In this document: positions 26,598 to 39,269 of the stretch, one piece after another
Layout of the letters: every line of letters begins with the position of its first letter
How positions within the stretch are numbered: position 1 is the stretch's first letter
NCBI RefSeq assembly: GCF_001194135.2
Contig: NC_068987.1
Span: 16,008,338-16,072,337, forward strand
Source of the DNA: Octopus bimaculoides
Lineage: Eukaryota
DNA: 64,000 nt
Reading direction: 5' to 3'
Translations under genes and position numbers: made by a program
The notes under the pieces: model-generated
Databases searched by the model: none
What the model was told of the DNA's origin: nothing
Seen by the model: the letters and a program-made list of their open reading frames with translations, nothing else

Positions 26598-27622
26598 TGT
26601 ACGAGTTTTCTCAACAGGCTTTCCTTTTCTTTTGTATATTGAAGTCCTTTCTCACCCCCCCTCTCTCTNNNNNNNNNNNNNNNNNNNNNNNNNNNNNNNN
26701 NNNNNNNNNNNNNNNNNNNNNNNNNNNNNNNNNNNNNNNNNNNNNNNNNNNNNNNNNNNNNNNNNNNNNNNNNNNNNNNNNNNNNNNNNNNNNNNNNNNN
26801 NNNNNNNNNNNNNNNNNNNNNNNNNNNNNNNNNNTATATATAATTATAATTTTTTTTGTAAGTTGCTTATATTTGCCTGATATTAAATGATTCACAAAAT
26901 TGTATTGTCTTTGATTATGGTATTTACAACTCACGAATGTTTGCAGTATTTCTCTGGTAAAAGGCAGAAAATTTTTCTATGTTAAGTTTGTATTCCTCTG
27001 GGGTAGGTGAACATTAGAAGGAGGTGTGGGGAAGGGTCTGTAATACTCACTCACCTACCTGAAAGAAAATATAAACTCCCTTTCACCAGCAATCCATCTT
27101 AATTTATGCTTGTACGTCGACTCTACCCCACACTTCGCTCTCCAAGGTATTAACTATTTTGATTGTGGAATGTAAGAGAATGAGAGAAGCTAAGCAACAG
27201 CAACACTACTGAAGAAGAGTAAACATTGTCGGCATCAATTATTGAGCACCATCCACTTCAGATTCTGCTCTTATTAGAGCTGGCTCACTTCTGCCTGCTT
27301 CCAAAAAAGGGCACTGTGGTACTGGGGGAAGTTGAATCGATGTAAACAAGCTTTCTTTGCCTTGTTGTCAGGGCATGTTAGTGTATGTAGGTCAAACATG
27401 GATTTTGCTACAGAACACAAACATTAATATCAATGGCTGACTTGCACTGGCACCCACTTTTTTTTCTTTTTTCTTTTGTGTCTATTAAAATAGAAATTAA
27501 TGCAGGCAGGGAGGCTGCATCAGTGTCCCTTCCTTCATCTCTTACACAAATGTTCTTTGGTTTGATTGTTTTGTTTCCTCTCAGTTGTTAACAGCTGAGA
27601 GGTTAGTATTATTCATTCCCTA

Positions 27623-27701
27623 TCTCTCTCTGTCTCTCTCTCTGTCTCTCTCTCTGTCTCTCTCTCTGTCTCTCTCTCTGTCTCTCTCTCTGTCTCTCTC
27701 T
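27623..27701. repeat. 12-nt unit (TGTCTCTCTCTC)n satellite running into an 849-nt N gap (27702-28550)
   Basis: Periodic G every 12 nt. Confidence 0.9.
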
Positions 27702-29452
27702 NNNNNNNNNNNNNNNNNNNNNNNNNNNNNNNNNNNNNNNNNNNNNNNNNNNNNNNNNNNNNNNNNNNNNNNNNNNNNNNNNNNNNNNNNNNNNNNNNNN
27801 NNNNNNNNNNNNNNNNNNNNNNNNNNNNNNNNNNNNNNNNNNNNNNNNNNNNNNNNNNNNNNNNNNNNNNNNNNNNNNNNNNNNNNNNNNNNNNNNNNNN
27901 NNNNNNNNNNNNNNNNNNNNNNNNNNNNNNNNNNNNNNNNNNNNNNNNNNNNNNNNNNNNNNNNNNNNNNNNNNNNNNNNNNNNNNNNNNNNNNNNNNNN
28001 NNNNNNNNNNNNNNNNNNNNNNNNNNNNNNNNNNNNNNNNNNNNNNNNNNNNNNNNNNNNNNNNNNNNNNNNNNNNNNNNNNNNNNNNNNNNNNNNNNNN
28101 NNNNNNNNNNNNNNNNNNNNNNNNNNNNNNNNNNNNNNNNNNNNNNNNNNNNNNNNNNNNNNNNNNNNNNNNNNNNNNNNNNNNNNNNNNNNNNNNNNNN
28201 NNNNNNNNNNNNNNNNNNNNNNNNNNNNNNNNNNNNNNNNNNNNNNNNNNNNNNNNNNNNNNNNNNNNNNNNNNNNNNNNNNNNNNNNNNNNNNNNNNNN
28301 NNNNNNNNNNNNNNNNNNNNNNNNNNNNNNNNNNNNNNNNNNNNNNNNNNNNNNNNNNNNNNNNNNNNNNNNNNNNNNNNNNNNNNNNNNNNNNNNNNNN
28401 NNNNNNNNNNNNNNNNNNNNNNNNNNNNNNNNNNNNNNNNNNNNNNNNNNNNNNNNNNNNNNNNNNNNNNNNNNNNNNNNNNNNNNNNNNNNNNNNNNNN
28501 NNNNNNNNNNNNNNNNNNNNNNNNNNNNNNNNNNNNNNNNNNNNNNNNNNNGTTTGTAAATGAAATAGGTGATGCCAGATGCATTTCCAAGAAGAAATAC
28601 CAGTAAGAACACCACTGAAAGTGTTTTAGGGATACAATAACAGAAAATTAACTTCAAAATATGACAATGTTTTTATACTTTTACTCTGTTGTCTAAATAG
28701 TTGTTAATTGCTATTTTGTCAGATTTTTCATTTTAAATATAAATTCATGTTGTCGTCGTCGTCATTATCATCATAAGTAAATTTAAATGTAGATGTTTAT
28801 TTCCAATTGTTTTGTTGTTGTTGTGGTGATACTGTTGATGGTGGTGGTGGTGTTGATGGTGTATGTGCATGGAAGCTCATGTACTTGCTCCTGTGCAATG
28901 TACATTAACTTATGCATATTCTAGTCATGAAGTTCTGAATGATGAGTGTGTTGATAAGAATCTGAAAATTTATGAACAGCCAATATCATTTCCACATTGT
29001 CTCTGCATTAATGGTATGCTAATGTTTTCAATTTGTTTATATGGTTGTTTATCAAATTCAATAATGACTTCATTTTCTCTTTAAATATTGGAACCTTTTT
29101 TGGGGGTGGGGGCACAGAATCACGACTGCTTTTGCCAAAGTTTTACTTAGCATGTACTCTGTGAGCAAAGAGACTACAGAAGAGATTATATTTCTTCCTC
29201 ACAGACATGTGTGGTACTCTGACCATTGCAAACTCAGTGACCACCCTTGAGATTCAAAATCTATTATCCATATTGCAAGAGTGGGTATTAGTGCAATGAA
29301 GGTTTAAAATGACATTGGAGGTGTACATTTCCCAATATCATAAGCTTTGCTGTGAAGGAGATAAATACAGTTGTGAGTGACTCAAGACAACTGGTACCTC
29401 CACTTGACAGCCAGAGGCTGCTGGAAGTGTGGTCTGTTGGAAACTACTTTAA

Positions 29453-29669
29453 CCCCCCCCCCCCTGTTTTTTTACAATATCTCCGTTGAAATACACTGCC
29501 TTTGTTTCAATTAATTTTGAAAGTAATGGAGAATTTGGCAAAATAACTATGTTATTATTACACTGATTTTTGGAATGTAAATTATATAATATTTTGATGG
29601 AAGGTTTTAATCTAATTTGCTTTAAAATGGGAACATTGTAACATAGAATGAGGGGCAATATCATAAGAG
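29453..29669. mobile_element. TTAA-flanked MITE, family 2
   Basis: TTAA at both ends. The interior ...GATGGAAGGTTTTAAT...TTTAAAA...CATAGAA is shared with 61556-61683. Confidence 0.55.
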
Positions 29670-29884
29670 TTAAAGCCAACCACCACGGTTTTTTTTTCTT
29701 TCTCCTAGTATGTATGCCACTATGTTTTATCTTCCTGGAAAGAAAACAGGTCAGTGCAGATAGGTTGTCCAGCCATGGCCTCCTCCCTCCCTCTCTCTCA
29801 GGGACCACCTCATTCAAAAGTTGTGTTAACAGTGCACCCCTTCACCTTGCAAAAATTTCTATGTTCCATGTGCTCTAATACAAG

Positions 29885-29980
29885 ATAGCTGTTGATCCTG
29901 TGCTGGGTTCACTCAACCTTTCGACAACATTTGGGGCGGTGGGGACCACTGAGTCTCTCGCTAATAGCACTGTCCATCAG
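29885..29980 (+). CDS. Candidate upstream coding exon (IAVDPVLGSLNLSTTFGAVGTTESLANSTVHQ)
   Basis: 96 nt open frame, GC-richer. Donor CAG|GTTAGC is phase 0, matching exon 38125. The acceptor (TCTAATACAAG) is only moderate. Confidence 0.45.
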
Positions 29981-30369
29981 GTTAGCCAAGTAAATAGTGT
30001 TGTTTAACTAATAGAGAGCTCTAGTTTAGTCACTGATGACCCAATCTTGTAACAGCTTGTATTCGATTACATCACCAGCAACACTTAATGCAGCCTGGCA
30101 CAGTGTTTTCTATATGTGTCCACTTGCACGCACACACACACACACACACACAATTGCATCATACTGACAAGCACTTCAGAATATCTGCTGAAGAATAGTC
30201 ATCTTCATTTAAAGATAGTTGTATGATCTTTCACCTTGGTGGGTGAGATACTTGCTCAAGAATGTCATAAACATAGTACGTTCATTCTGTATAGTATGTA
30301 TGTAAGTACATTAAGGACTATGTTGACGAAATCTGTTAATTGTCATGAACCAAACAAATTGTGCACATG

Positions 30370-30371
<2 letters not shown>

Positions 30372-30438
<67 letters not shown>
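30372..30438. repeat. Compound (TG)n(GA)n microsatellite
   Basis: Seen directly in the sequence. Confidence 0.95.
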
Positions 30439-30442
<4 letters not shown>

Positions 30443-32070
30443 CTTGTAAATTCTGATAAATTCCAAATATCCAGAAGTTTTAAAAAATGGCCAAGTAGTC
30501 TGTTAACTGCCCCTAAACAAACTGATGGTTTTAAAGAAGTTGTCTTTGTTTAGTGTTTGTTGTGTTGCTGTTTGTTCAACTGGAAGCATGTTGACTCTCT
30601 GCAAGTATGAGAACGAAGGATTAATCTGTGTAGAGCGTTAAGAGAATCCTAGGAGAAAGTGGAGTGGGTTTGACATTATAGCAATAAAGATGGTAACTAT
30701 TTATGTTTAGAATTAGAGTGATTGGAGCTCTTTTATTTTATCTCATTATTAAAAGAAGTGGTGGGAGGGACCACATGTAGAATAAAGACTACAGAGCACC
30801 ATATTTATTACTTGTATATAAATTGTGGCTATTCCTTATCTTAACATAAGTCCATTAGTATGTAATTCAGGGGTATAACTGTTTTCAACAATGCTGAAAA
30901 TTGTGACAGCTTTGTGAGACACACCTAAATATTTAGCCAGTTTTTGTAATAGTTACTTTACTTTACTCTGGACAACACAACACTGAGCGTTTAATAATAA
31001 CTTTGCTGCAGTACTCAGTTATCATTTCAGCTGCTTGTTCTACTTCTGATTCTATTTTGTGCATGCATGCACTTAGTATTCTCTCTTATTAACCTTCTTG
31101 GAACTTCACTGACCTCACCACCATGTATGTGGACGTAGCTCCCAAGTGAGGAAACTTTACATTCGCTTCAACCAAATAATAAAACTGAATTTAATAATTT
31201 CTGCTATCAAACTGTGTACCCCAAACCCCTCCACTCCTCATGGATGTCTGTCTGTTCAAACTTATGGAAATGTGTAAATAGTATATCCCATCCTCAAAAA
31301 GAGCAAATTCTATGATTCTGCTCATTTCCAAAGTAGAATTGAAAAGCAGACCAGGCGGCAGGAATGGTAACATTAGAGTTCTTTGATATGGTTATTATTA
31401 TTTAACTTTCTAGTGTCATTCAGAAATGGAAACAGCTGTAATGACCATCTCCTCTATTACTAAATATTTCCCCCTTCTCTGTGATCATGGTTGTAAAGCC
31501 AGATCTATTGGAGGACTGCTATTTTGCATTTGAGAATTTACATGAACTTAGATGGAACTAAGTTATTTCATACGTCAGCTATGTCTTCCTCTTAGCTAAG
31601 CTGCCTTTTTATGGGTTTCAACTGTTTTTTCATCTCTTTCAGCTGAAGTTTTCTGACAGAGTCTTCATTAGGTGTTGATGGGTTTTTATTTGACTCCCAC
31701 TCAATCGTGTTTTTCTTAGGGTTCACTTGTGTCACTGCCATCATTTCCTAAGTACATGAATTACCTTCCTACTGTAAACACCTATAACTATACATTCCTA
31801 TGTAGGTGATGCTATTCTGTACTCCTCCTCAACTGTCTATGGGTATTTATTACATGCAACCAAAACACATCTTGCTTGATGTGCAGTTACTTTTAGGATT
31901 AGACAGCTTAAAAGCTTTCTGCAAGAACAAGCCAGCCTCATCTAACAACACCAAAACACAGTCAGTATGAAAGATACACAAGACAAGAGAGTTTCCTTAC
32001 TTACAAACATTAAAAGCCTCATACTTTGAAATCTTATGCCTCCTCATGTTTAATGACTCTTCATGATAAG

Positions 32071-32102
<32 letters not shown>

Positions 32103-32257
32103 GTTGTCCATGTTGGCATGGGTTTGACCAGAGCTAGCAAGCTGGGGAGCTGCACCAGACTCCAGACTGATGTGGCATTTTTTCTATGGCTGGATGCCCT
32201 TCCTAACACCAACCACTTTACAGAGTGTGCAGGGAAATTTTACGTGGTCCTGCACCG
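32071..32257 (-). mobile_element. RTE-LINE-type 3' tail fragment
   Basis: (CAT)n + GTCCATGTTGGCATGGG...GGCTGGATGCCCTTCCTAACACCAACCAC. Confidence 0.75.
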
Positions 32258-32449
32258 ATGCTTTTACTTATTTGGGGCTAGATAATACTTAAAAACATTT
32301 GCTGGCTCACCACAAGGCATAGTATCACCCATATTAGAATACAGCTCATGTAACAGCGATGATGCAGCTGTTACACAAACCTTTATAGACTGCATCTAAA
32401 ACAAAGCATTTGAGGCATCTGTTTTATATGTAAACTTTATTCACCCTAC

Positions 32450-32785
32450 ACTCTTTTACTTGTTTCAGTCATTTGACTGTGGCCATGTTGGAGCACACCT
32501 TTAGTCGAACACATTGGCCTCAGGACTTACTCTTTGTAAGCCTAGTACTTATTCTATTGGTCTCTTTTACTGAACTGCTAAGTTACAGTGATGTAAACAC
32601 ACCAACATCTATATACAACAGGCTTCTTTCAGTCTCCGTCAACCAAATCCACTCACAAGGCTTTGGTTGGTGCGAGGCTATAGTAGAAGACAATTGCCCA
32701 AGGTATCACGCAATGGGACTGAACCCGGAGCCATGTGGTTGGGAAGCAAGCTTCTTACCACAAACCTACCAGTGCCCTGTGCCCT
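32450..32785 (-). mobile_element. SINE family A, tail type 1
   Basis: Reverse complement of the tail then the head of the 268-632 element. Confidence 0.85.
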
Positions 32786-34164
32786 TCATGTGCCTCTTTT
32801 ATCGTTATTACAGTGGTTCTTGCTCTCCTGAATTAGTATGTGATCTATCATCCACTGCATCTCTCTGCCCTTTCCTTGACTTATCTTTTCTACTCTCACC
32901 CCACTTTGAAACTGTACACTGCACTTCTCCCTGTTGTCCAGAATTACATTCTACTGACTATCCATCACTGCTCTGTAGAAACCCAAGCTGAGTAATAGCC
33001 TCTCCAACCTGGCAGAACCTGTGGTCACTGCAACTCTTCTTTGGTTTTAAGTAACATATTTGCACATGCATACATGTTATTTAAAGCCAAGGAGTGTGAG
33101 TGCATGTGCACACACACACACACACACACTCAAACTCTCCCTTTCTCTTTTTCCCATCTCCTTCCCCACTCTCTGATATGTCATAAAAAAAAAATATCTG
33201 ATGAGAAGCAGTTTTCCGATAAGGAATGATATAGCACTAGATCTCTTTTTAAACATCATCCCATCTTATGTGATAATCCTTTATCCTCCTCAACTCTGAA
33301 AACAATAATTTGCCTGATATTAAATATTATTGTTTGTAAAATAGAGATGGCCAAGACATTGGAGCATCGGACTAAGTGCATTGGAGTATTTTTTGTTGTT
33401 TTTTTTTTAATGTTATTCTTGGATCTGCATTCAAATCTTACTAGGATTGATTTTAGCTTCATTCCCTCTTGGTAGGGGCAGGGTCAATAAAATATGTGCT
33501 GAGGTCAATGTAGTTGACTCAACTTCAACAATTGATTTTATACCCTTGTAAGGGAGATGCTAGCAGCAGCAGCAGCAGTTCCTGCTACTGCTGTAGAATG
33601 TATGGATTAATAACCATTTTTGTTGCATTTGTATGTTACTCTTTGTTGGAGCAGGGGAACATAAAAACAAAAGGTTAAGAACAAGAACTCTTAGTTTGTA
33701 TGGCTTAGATTTATTTATAAGCTAGCTTTGCTTCTCATAACATGTTTTATCTTTGTCGTGACATCAACGATTGGGTATTCGGTATAGCTTTCTGCATCTT
33801 CTAGCCTTTTACTTTATTACTTTGCCATTCAGTTATATCAGTAAATGCACATGCTCAAATAGACATTTTACCCATTGCTTCTCTCTTCCCTCTTTCTTAA
33901 CTTCTCTACATTTGACTTTTTAAAGCTTGTAAGCATGGCATACATTTTGTATGGGATAAATGTAGCTTAGGCAGTCATCATTATTGTTTATAATGATGAT
34001 GTGTTTTCGTTTTTCTTGTTGGAAAAGGAATGTAATATGTTTTTACTTAGTTAATCCAGCAATATTACAGGGTGCTTATTTTATCGATTCCTTCTTTATG
34101 GAGTGAAAAATATGATGTTCCTGCCTTGTCCCCACTCACCAGATCTAAAAACACAAGCCAATAA

Positions 34165-34365
34165 GAAAACCTTTTCACAGTTGCTTGACCTACTAAAAAT
34201 GGCAGCCAAATCTCCCTAAGATCATTCTGTATTATCTTTAAAGAAAAGAAAGACAGACACATTGACTAATCCTGGATGTACAAAAAGACAAGATTGGTCA
34301 AGGTGGAACAATCTTTGATCATAAATCTGCTCAAGCAGAGCTAACTAGGAACTAAACAGGCAACT
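34165..34365 (+). repeat. Third dispersed repeat family; related copy at about 45195-45375
   Basis: Shared ATGGCAG.CAAAT...TTTGATCATA...GGAACTAAACA; both copies diverged. Confidence 0.45.
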
Positions 34366-34616
34366 CTCATTTTGGTAAATGTTACATTTATCTAATCTTC
34401 TTCACCCATTTATTCCTGGAGGGTTGTGAGAAAAATATCCCCAAGTATGCCTTCCATCAGCTCAGAAGCAGCTGTCTCCAATTAATCTGCCTGGTTCCCT
34501 AAGCAAGACCAACCGAAATCGTGGATGTTATCCAGTCATCTTGTTTGCTTCTACCCCTGGGTGAAATAATTTGTTTTATATTTGTTTCTTGCATGCTAGT
34601 ATGGATTAGACAAATA

Positions 34617-35837
34617 TTCGGTCATCCCATAAATAATGTGGTTTTTTTCAGTTGCATAAACTAAAAGTTGGTTGATAAACCAACTGGGGATAAACTACCT
34701 GCATCAACTTGCTATAAAAGCAGGTAGTAATTTTACCATGTCCTTATTCTTAGTTTAAGTTTTAAAGAATGCAGTTCGATTTTAAGTTTTTTTTATTTCA
34801 AAGCTATAATGGAAGTGACAAAGGAGCATATTCGGCATATTTTGTTTTATGAGTTCAGTAAAGGCAACAACACAACAGAAAGTGTGAGGAATATTAATGC
34901 AGTGTATGGGGATTGGACAATAAGCGTAAGCCAGTGTCAACAGTGGTTCCAGAAATTCCAAGCTGGAAACTACAGCCTAGAAGACGAACCTTGTCCTGGA
35001 AGATCTGTAGAGCTTGACAAGGACGTCCTGCAAACCCTGGTGGAACAAAATCCCATTGTTTAAGAACTAGCAGAGCAACCATTCATTGACACCCGCATGC
35101 CATTGGAAATGTCAGCAAATTGGGTCAATGGGTTTCTCAAAATCTTTCCCAGTCTAATCGCATACAGAGAGTGAATGTGTGCTCTTCTTTGCTGTCATGT
35201 CTCATGAATGAAGCTTTTTTGGACCGAACAGTGACTGGTGACAAGAAATGGGTTCTCTATAAAAATGTCAAACACCGAAGATAGTGGGTAGGAAAGGAGA
35301 AACATCAGCACCCAAGGCTAAAGAAGATCTTCACCCACATAAGGTGTTGTTATCTGTTTGTTGGGATATGAAAGGTTTAGTCCACTTTGAACTTTTAAAC
35401 CCAAACCAAGCAATAACAAGGTCACTGCTACAAGAAAAACGACCATTTTTGGTTTCATGATGAAAGTTTTCTTCCATCAGGATAATGCTCGGCCACATAC
35501 AGTGAGGATGACATTCCAAAGGCTGGAGTACTTTGAATGGGATGATGCCCCACCCACCATATTCACAGGACATTTCCCCATGTGATTATCATTTATTCTG
35601 CAGTCTTCAAAATCATTTAGACAGAAAAAATATGAATTCTATAGACAAGGTCAGAATAGTACTAGAGGAGTATTTTTCATCACGGACAAGTGAATTTTGG
35701 AAAAGGGGCCTCTAAGTCTACCAGATAGATAGAAGAGCATTGTAGAAAATGAAGGGGAGTATATTTTAGATTAAAAATCTTAATTTTAAAAAATAAAAAG
35801 AAGTATAAAAAGCTGAATTATTTATGGGATAACCCAA
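34617..35837 (+). mobile_element. Full-length decayed mariner (DD34D) transposon
   Basis: Imperfect TIRs TT(C/G)GGT(C/T)ATCCCATAAATAAT flanked by TA. Transposase from ATG 34809 to about 35772, with WV(S)-, VTGD(K)KW, HQDNARPH and YSQDISPCDY motifs broken by stops and frameshifts. Confidence 0.95.
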
Positions 35838-37160
35838 TATATTATTGAGGCATTGTTTTACAACCAGATGCGCTTCCAGTCACTAACCCATACTTGTTTT
35901 CTAAGTAAGGGTTCTTTTATTTCACACGTCTTCAAATGTACAATGCAAGCCAGTAATATCTTGACAGGAAAAGTAACAACACCACCACTTATAGCTCATG
36001 ACTTTCATGGAATGCGAATGTAAACACAGAAAACACACTTCTTTCAGTTTCTGTCTACCAAACTCACAAGGCTTTGGTCAGCTTTTTGCTTTAGTGGAAG
36101 ATACTTGCCCTAGGTTTATATGTGTAAGGGACCTCATCAGATCTGCAAGCACTCCATACATTCTACCTATACTTCCTACTGGTCATTTATAATAGTATCA
36201 ACATCTATTTTCATCATTTTTGCTATCCATCAGTTCTCTCACCTGTATTTTCTTTAGTCCTGATGCCATGATAAAAAGCAACCAGTACACTGTGTTAAGT
36301 GTGGAAGTTTCCACGTCTTCAACAAGACCTTTTAGTCTTGTTGGAAGATGTGGCAGCATTCTCTAATGCTAGTGCCATGAAAATGTGTGCCCAATATACT
36401 CAGTAAGATGGTTGGTGGAGAAACCAAGCCAGAAATTAACCTTACAAATGAGATTTCCCCTGAGAGTAACAGCAACCTGTCCAACTCATACCAGCATAGA
36501 AAGCAGATGTAAGTGGGTGGTGGTGGTGGTGGTGATACACACATATACATGGAAAGAGAGAGAAAGAAAGAAATGTTTATGGAAAAGTGCCGTCTGATAC
36601 TTTCCTTTTGTTATGGTTTGTTTTTCACTGAATTGATTTCCTTCCATATGAAGCAGTAGCAGTTGTAGTTGTTTTTCTGGGAGGTGACTTGTATTACTCA
36701 GAGAGGAAAATTGCTGGGTGTTGGTGGATCAATCTTATTGTAAATAATGCAGGCCATCTTCAGAAAATGGATGCTTCATACTGCATTCAGTTTGGTGCAT
36801 CAGGATGCATTCGTGTCCCACCTCATTCAATAACTGCTATCGGTTGAAAGCTCACTAAAACATGCCCAAATAATACTGTGACTAAGTCTATTGATTTCCT
36901 TTCTTTCTTTACTGAAGAGTTTGTGTAGTTAATTTTGAAGCAGGTTGAAAAATAATTAAAATATTTTTTGATAAACATTACAAGAGCTCTACTTCAAAAT
37001 TTTTGGTTTCTTTTCTTGCATTGAAGATAAATCAGTCTCCTTCCAGCTATGTTCTTTGGATGATTTAAGCAAAACAATGAAAGTTGTTCACCCTAGTTCA
37101 TACTGTTTAAGCAAATCCTATGATCAAAGGTGTTCTAACTGTAATCATCTTGTCTAGGGG

Positions 37161-37347
37161 GCACGTAAAATTACCCACTACACTCTTGGAGTGGTTGGCG
37201 TTAGGAAGGGCATCCAGCTGTAGAAACTCTGCCAAATCAGATTGGAGCCTGGTGTAGCCGTCTGGTTCACCAGTCCTCAGTCAAATCGTCCAACCCATGC
37301 TAGCATGGAAAGTGGACGTTAAACGATGATGATGATGATGATGATGA
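37161..37347 (+). mobile_element. RTE-LINE 3' tail, low divergence
   Basis: Near-identical to 61140-61326. Confidence 0.88.
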
Positions 37348-38124
37348 ATAGGGTATGATTTGATGGAGTTTGGCTGTTGTTTCTACCTTGTAAAAACAAC
37401 CACGAATAAGCTATCTTGTTTATTCAACTGTGCATCACTCTATAAAGTGGTTGGTGCTATGAAGGGTGTCTAGCTGTAGACACTAAGGCCAAATGCCATG
37501 TACAAGACCTTGACTTGATCCTCGACTAATCTGGGACAGTAACTCCAAATAGAAACTAGCTCAGAATGTGATAACCTTTCCAACCCATGCCAGCATGGAC
37601 AACGGTCACAAAAAGGTTGATGATAAAAGTAATGAATGAATCAATGAGAGTTAAGTGTTTTAGCCATTGATAAAGTGCAGAACTATTGATATAGTATGAA
37701 CCATGAAAACAGCTGACTTGGCTATTGGTGTATGTGATGATGATTGTGTTTTTAAAAGTGGTTTTGTTGAGTTTTTTGTTTGCTTTTTTTATAGTTGACT
37801 GATATTTAAATGTTAATTCTAATTTAAGAATATTTGTATTCATTATATTTTCATCAATAGTTTTGTTATTATTATTATTATTAATATTATGTTTATTTTA
37901 ATTTAGCTTGTTTCATATCAGTTGCTTTAATCAGAATGATTAATAGTTGAAAATGTTATTCAAATTTTTATGAATTCACATCACTGCTGAAATTTCTTTT
38001 TTAAAAAATCCCCCCAAAAACTCTGTTTTATTTTTCATTTTGTTCAGAACTATTTTGAAATAAATATTAATGTTAATGGTGTCATCTTTATTTATTTTTC
38101 CCTCTCTCTTTTTTTCTTTTTAAG

Positions 38125-38434
38125 GATGAGGTCGTTGTTGAGAGCACAGAGTCGTCATCGCCGGTGGTACAGCAGTCAGTGCCGGCATCATCATCATCAT
38201 CTACTTCATCATCTACATCATCATCATCATTATCGTCGTCATCATCATCATCATTATCACCCCCAACACCACCACCACAACAACAGCAAACAAACCCTAC
38301 AGTTGATTGTAGGGAACTGCAGGTGGATGAGGTAGCATTGCTGTCTTCTGGTGCTACCATCATTAAAGATGGTGAGACTCCAGAAATGGCACTGCTGAAG
38401 GCAGCTATTGGGAAGGACAAGAAGAAAGACAAAG
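38125..38434 (+). CDS. ASXL: Internal coding exon of Asx/ASXL-like gene (DEVVVESTESSSP...poly-Ser...PEMALLKAAIGKDKKKDK)
   Basis: Long polypyrimidine tract + AG ending 38124. Open frame of 310 nt (phase 0 to 1). Donor AAAG|GTGATT. Phase fits the next exon. Symbol comes from the linked exon at 62000. Confidence 0.75.
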
Positions 38435-38437
38435 GTG

Positions 38438-38464
38438 ATTATCATTATTATTATTATTATTATT

Positions 38465-38517
<53 letters not shown>
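38438..38517. repeat. Compound (TAT)n(CAT)n microsatellite immediately after the exon donor
   Basis: Seen directly in the sequence. Confidence 0.95.
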
Positions 38518-38520
38518 TTA

Positions 38521-38650
38521 AGGTGACAAGCTAGCAGAATCATTACAACACCAGAAAAAATGCTTCGGGGCGTTTCTTCCAATTTACATTTTGAGTTCAC
38601 ATGCTGCATGGGTCAATTTGCTCTGGCCTTATGCCAAAATTCGAAATTTA
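38521..38650 (+). mobile_element. Internally deleted SINE family B copy
   Basis: AGGTGACAAGCTAGCAGAATC head joined to the GGCCTTATGCC...AAATT end and (ATT)n. Confidence 0.6.
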
Positions 38651-38674
38651 TTATTATTATTATTATTATTTATA

Positions 38675-39269
38675 GGCGTAGGAGTGGCTGTGTGGTAAGT
38701 AGCTTGCTTACCAACCACATGGTTCTGGGTTCAGTCCCACTGCGTGGCACCTTGGGCAAGTGTCTTCTACTATAGCCTCAGGCCGACCAAAACCTTGTGA
38801 GTGGATTTGGTAGACGGAAACTGAAAGAAGCCCGTCGTATATATATATATATATATATAAATAAAAACAAATAGTAAATGAGTATATGCATATATACGTA
38901 CTGGTATGTGCATACCGACATCCACCTGTATGTATAGGTGCATATCTGGGTACAGGACATTGCAAACAAAACGTAGACGAGAAAACACACAAGCCACATA
39001 GAGAACATTCTCCTTCATCAGCTACCCCCGTTTTAACACCGGCGTTTCGAAGAGCTATATGTATGTATGTTTGTGTGTCTGTGTTTGTCTCCCCAACATT
39101 GCTTGACAACCGATGCTGGTGTGTTTACGTCCCCGTAACTTAGCGGTTCGGCAAAAGAGACCGATAGAATGAGTACTAGGCTTACAAAGAATAAGTCCTG
39201 GGGTCAATTTGCTTGACTAAAGGCAGTGCTCCAGCATGGCTGCAGTCAAATGACTGCAACAAGTAAAAG

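Noticed and set aside
27585-28657. 300+ aa ORFs, and similar ones at 6340-6832, 26555-26934, 47071-47607 and 59374-59646
   Set aside because: Artefacts of N gaps and flanking simple repeats.
29798-29878. SGTTSFKSCVNSAPLH...KISMF as a degenerate HARE-HTH exon (compare SGTSPLACLNAMLH...RISLF)
   Set aside because: Similarity is weak, needs a large deletion and has different spacing. It ends in a stop and cannot be distinguished from chance without an HMM search.
31282-31367. Coding-looking stretch YPILKKSKFYDSAHFQSRIEKQTRRQE with a downstream GTAAC
   Set aside because: No polypyrimidine tract, and the phases (1 to 2) do not fit between exons 29885 and 38125.
32473-32991. 172-aa ORF
   Set aside because: Antisense read through a SINE and an adjacent decayed LINE-like segment.
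38675-38760. tRNA gene
   Set aside because: A/B-box-like head of a SINE repeated many times in the window; no complete cloverleaf discerned.
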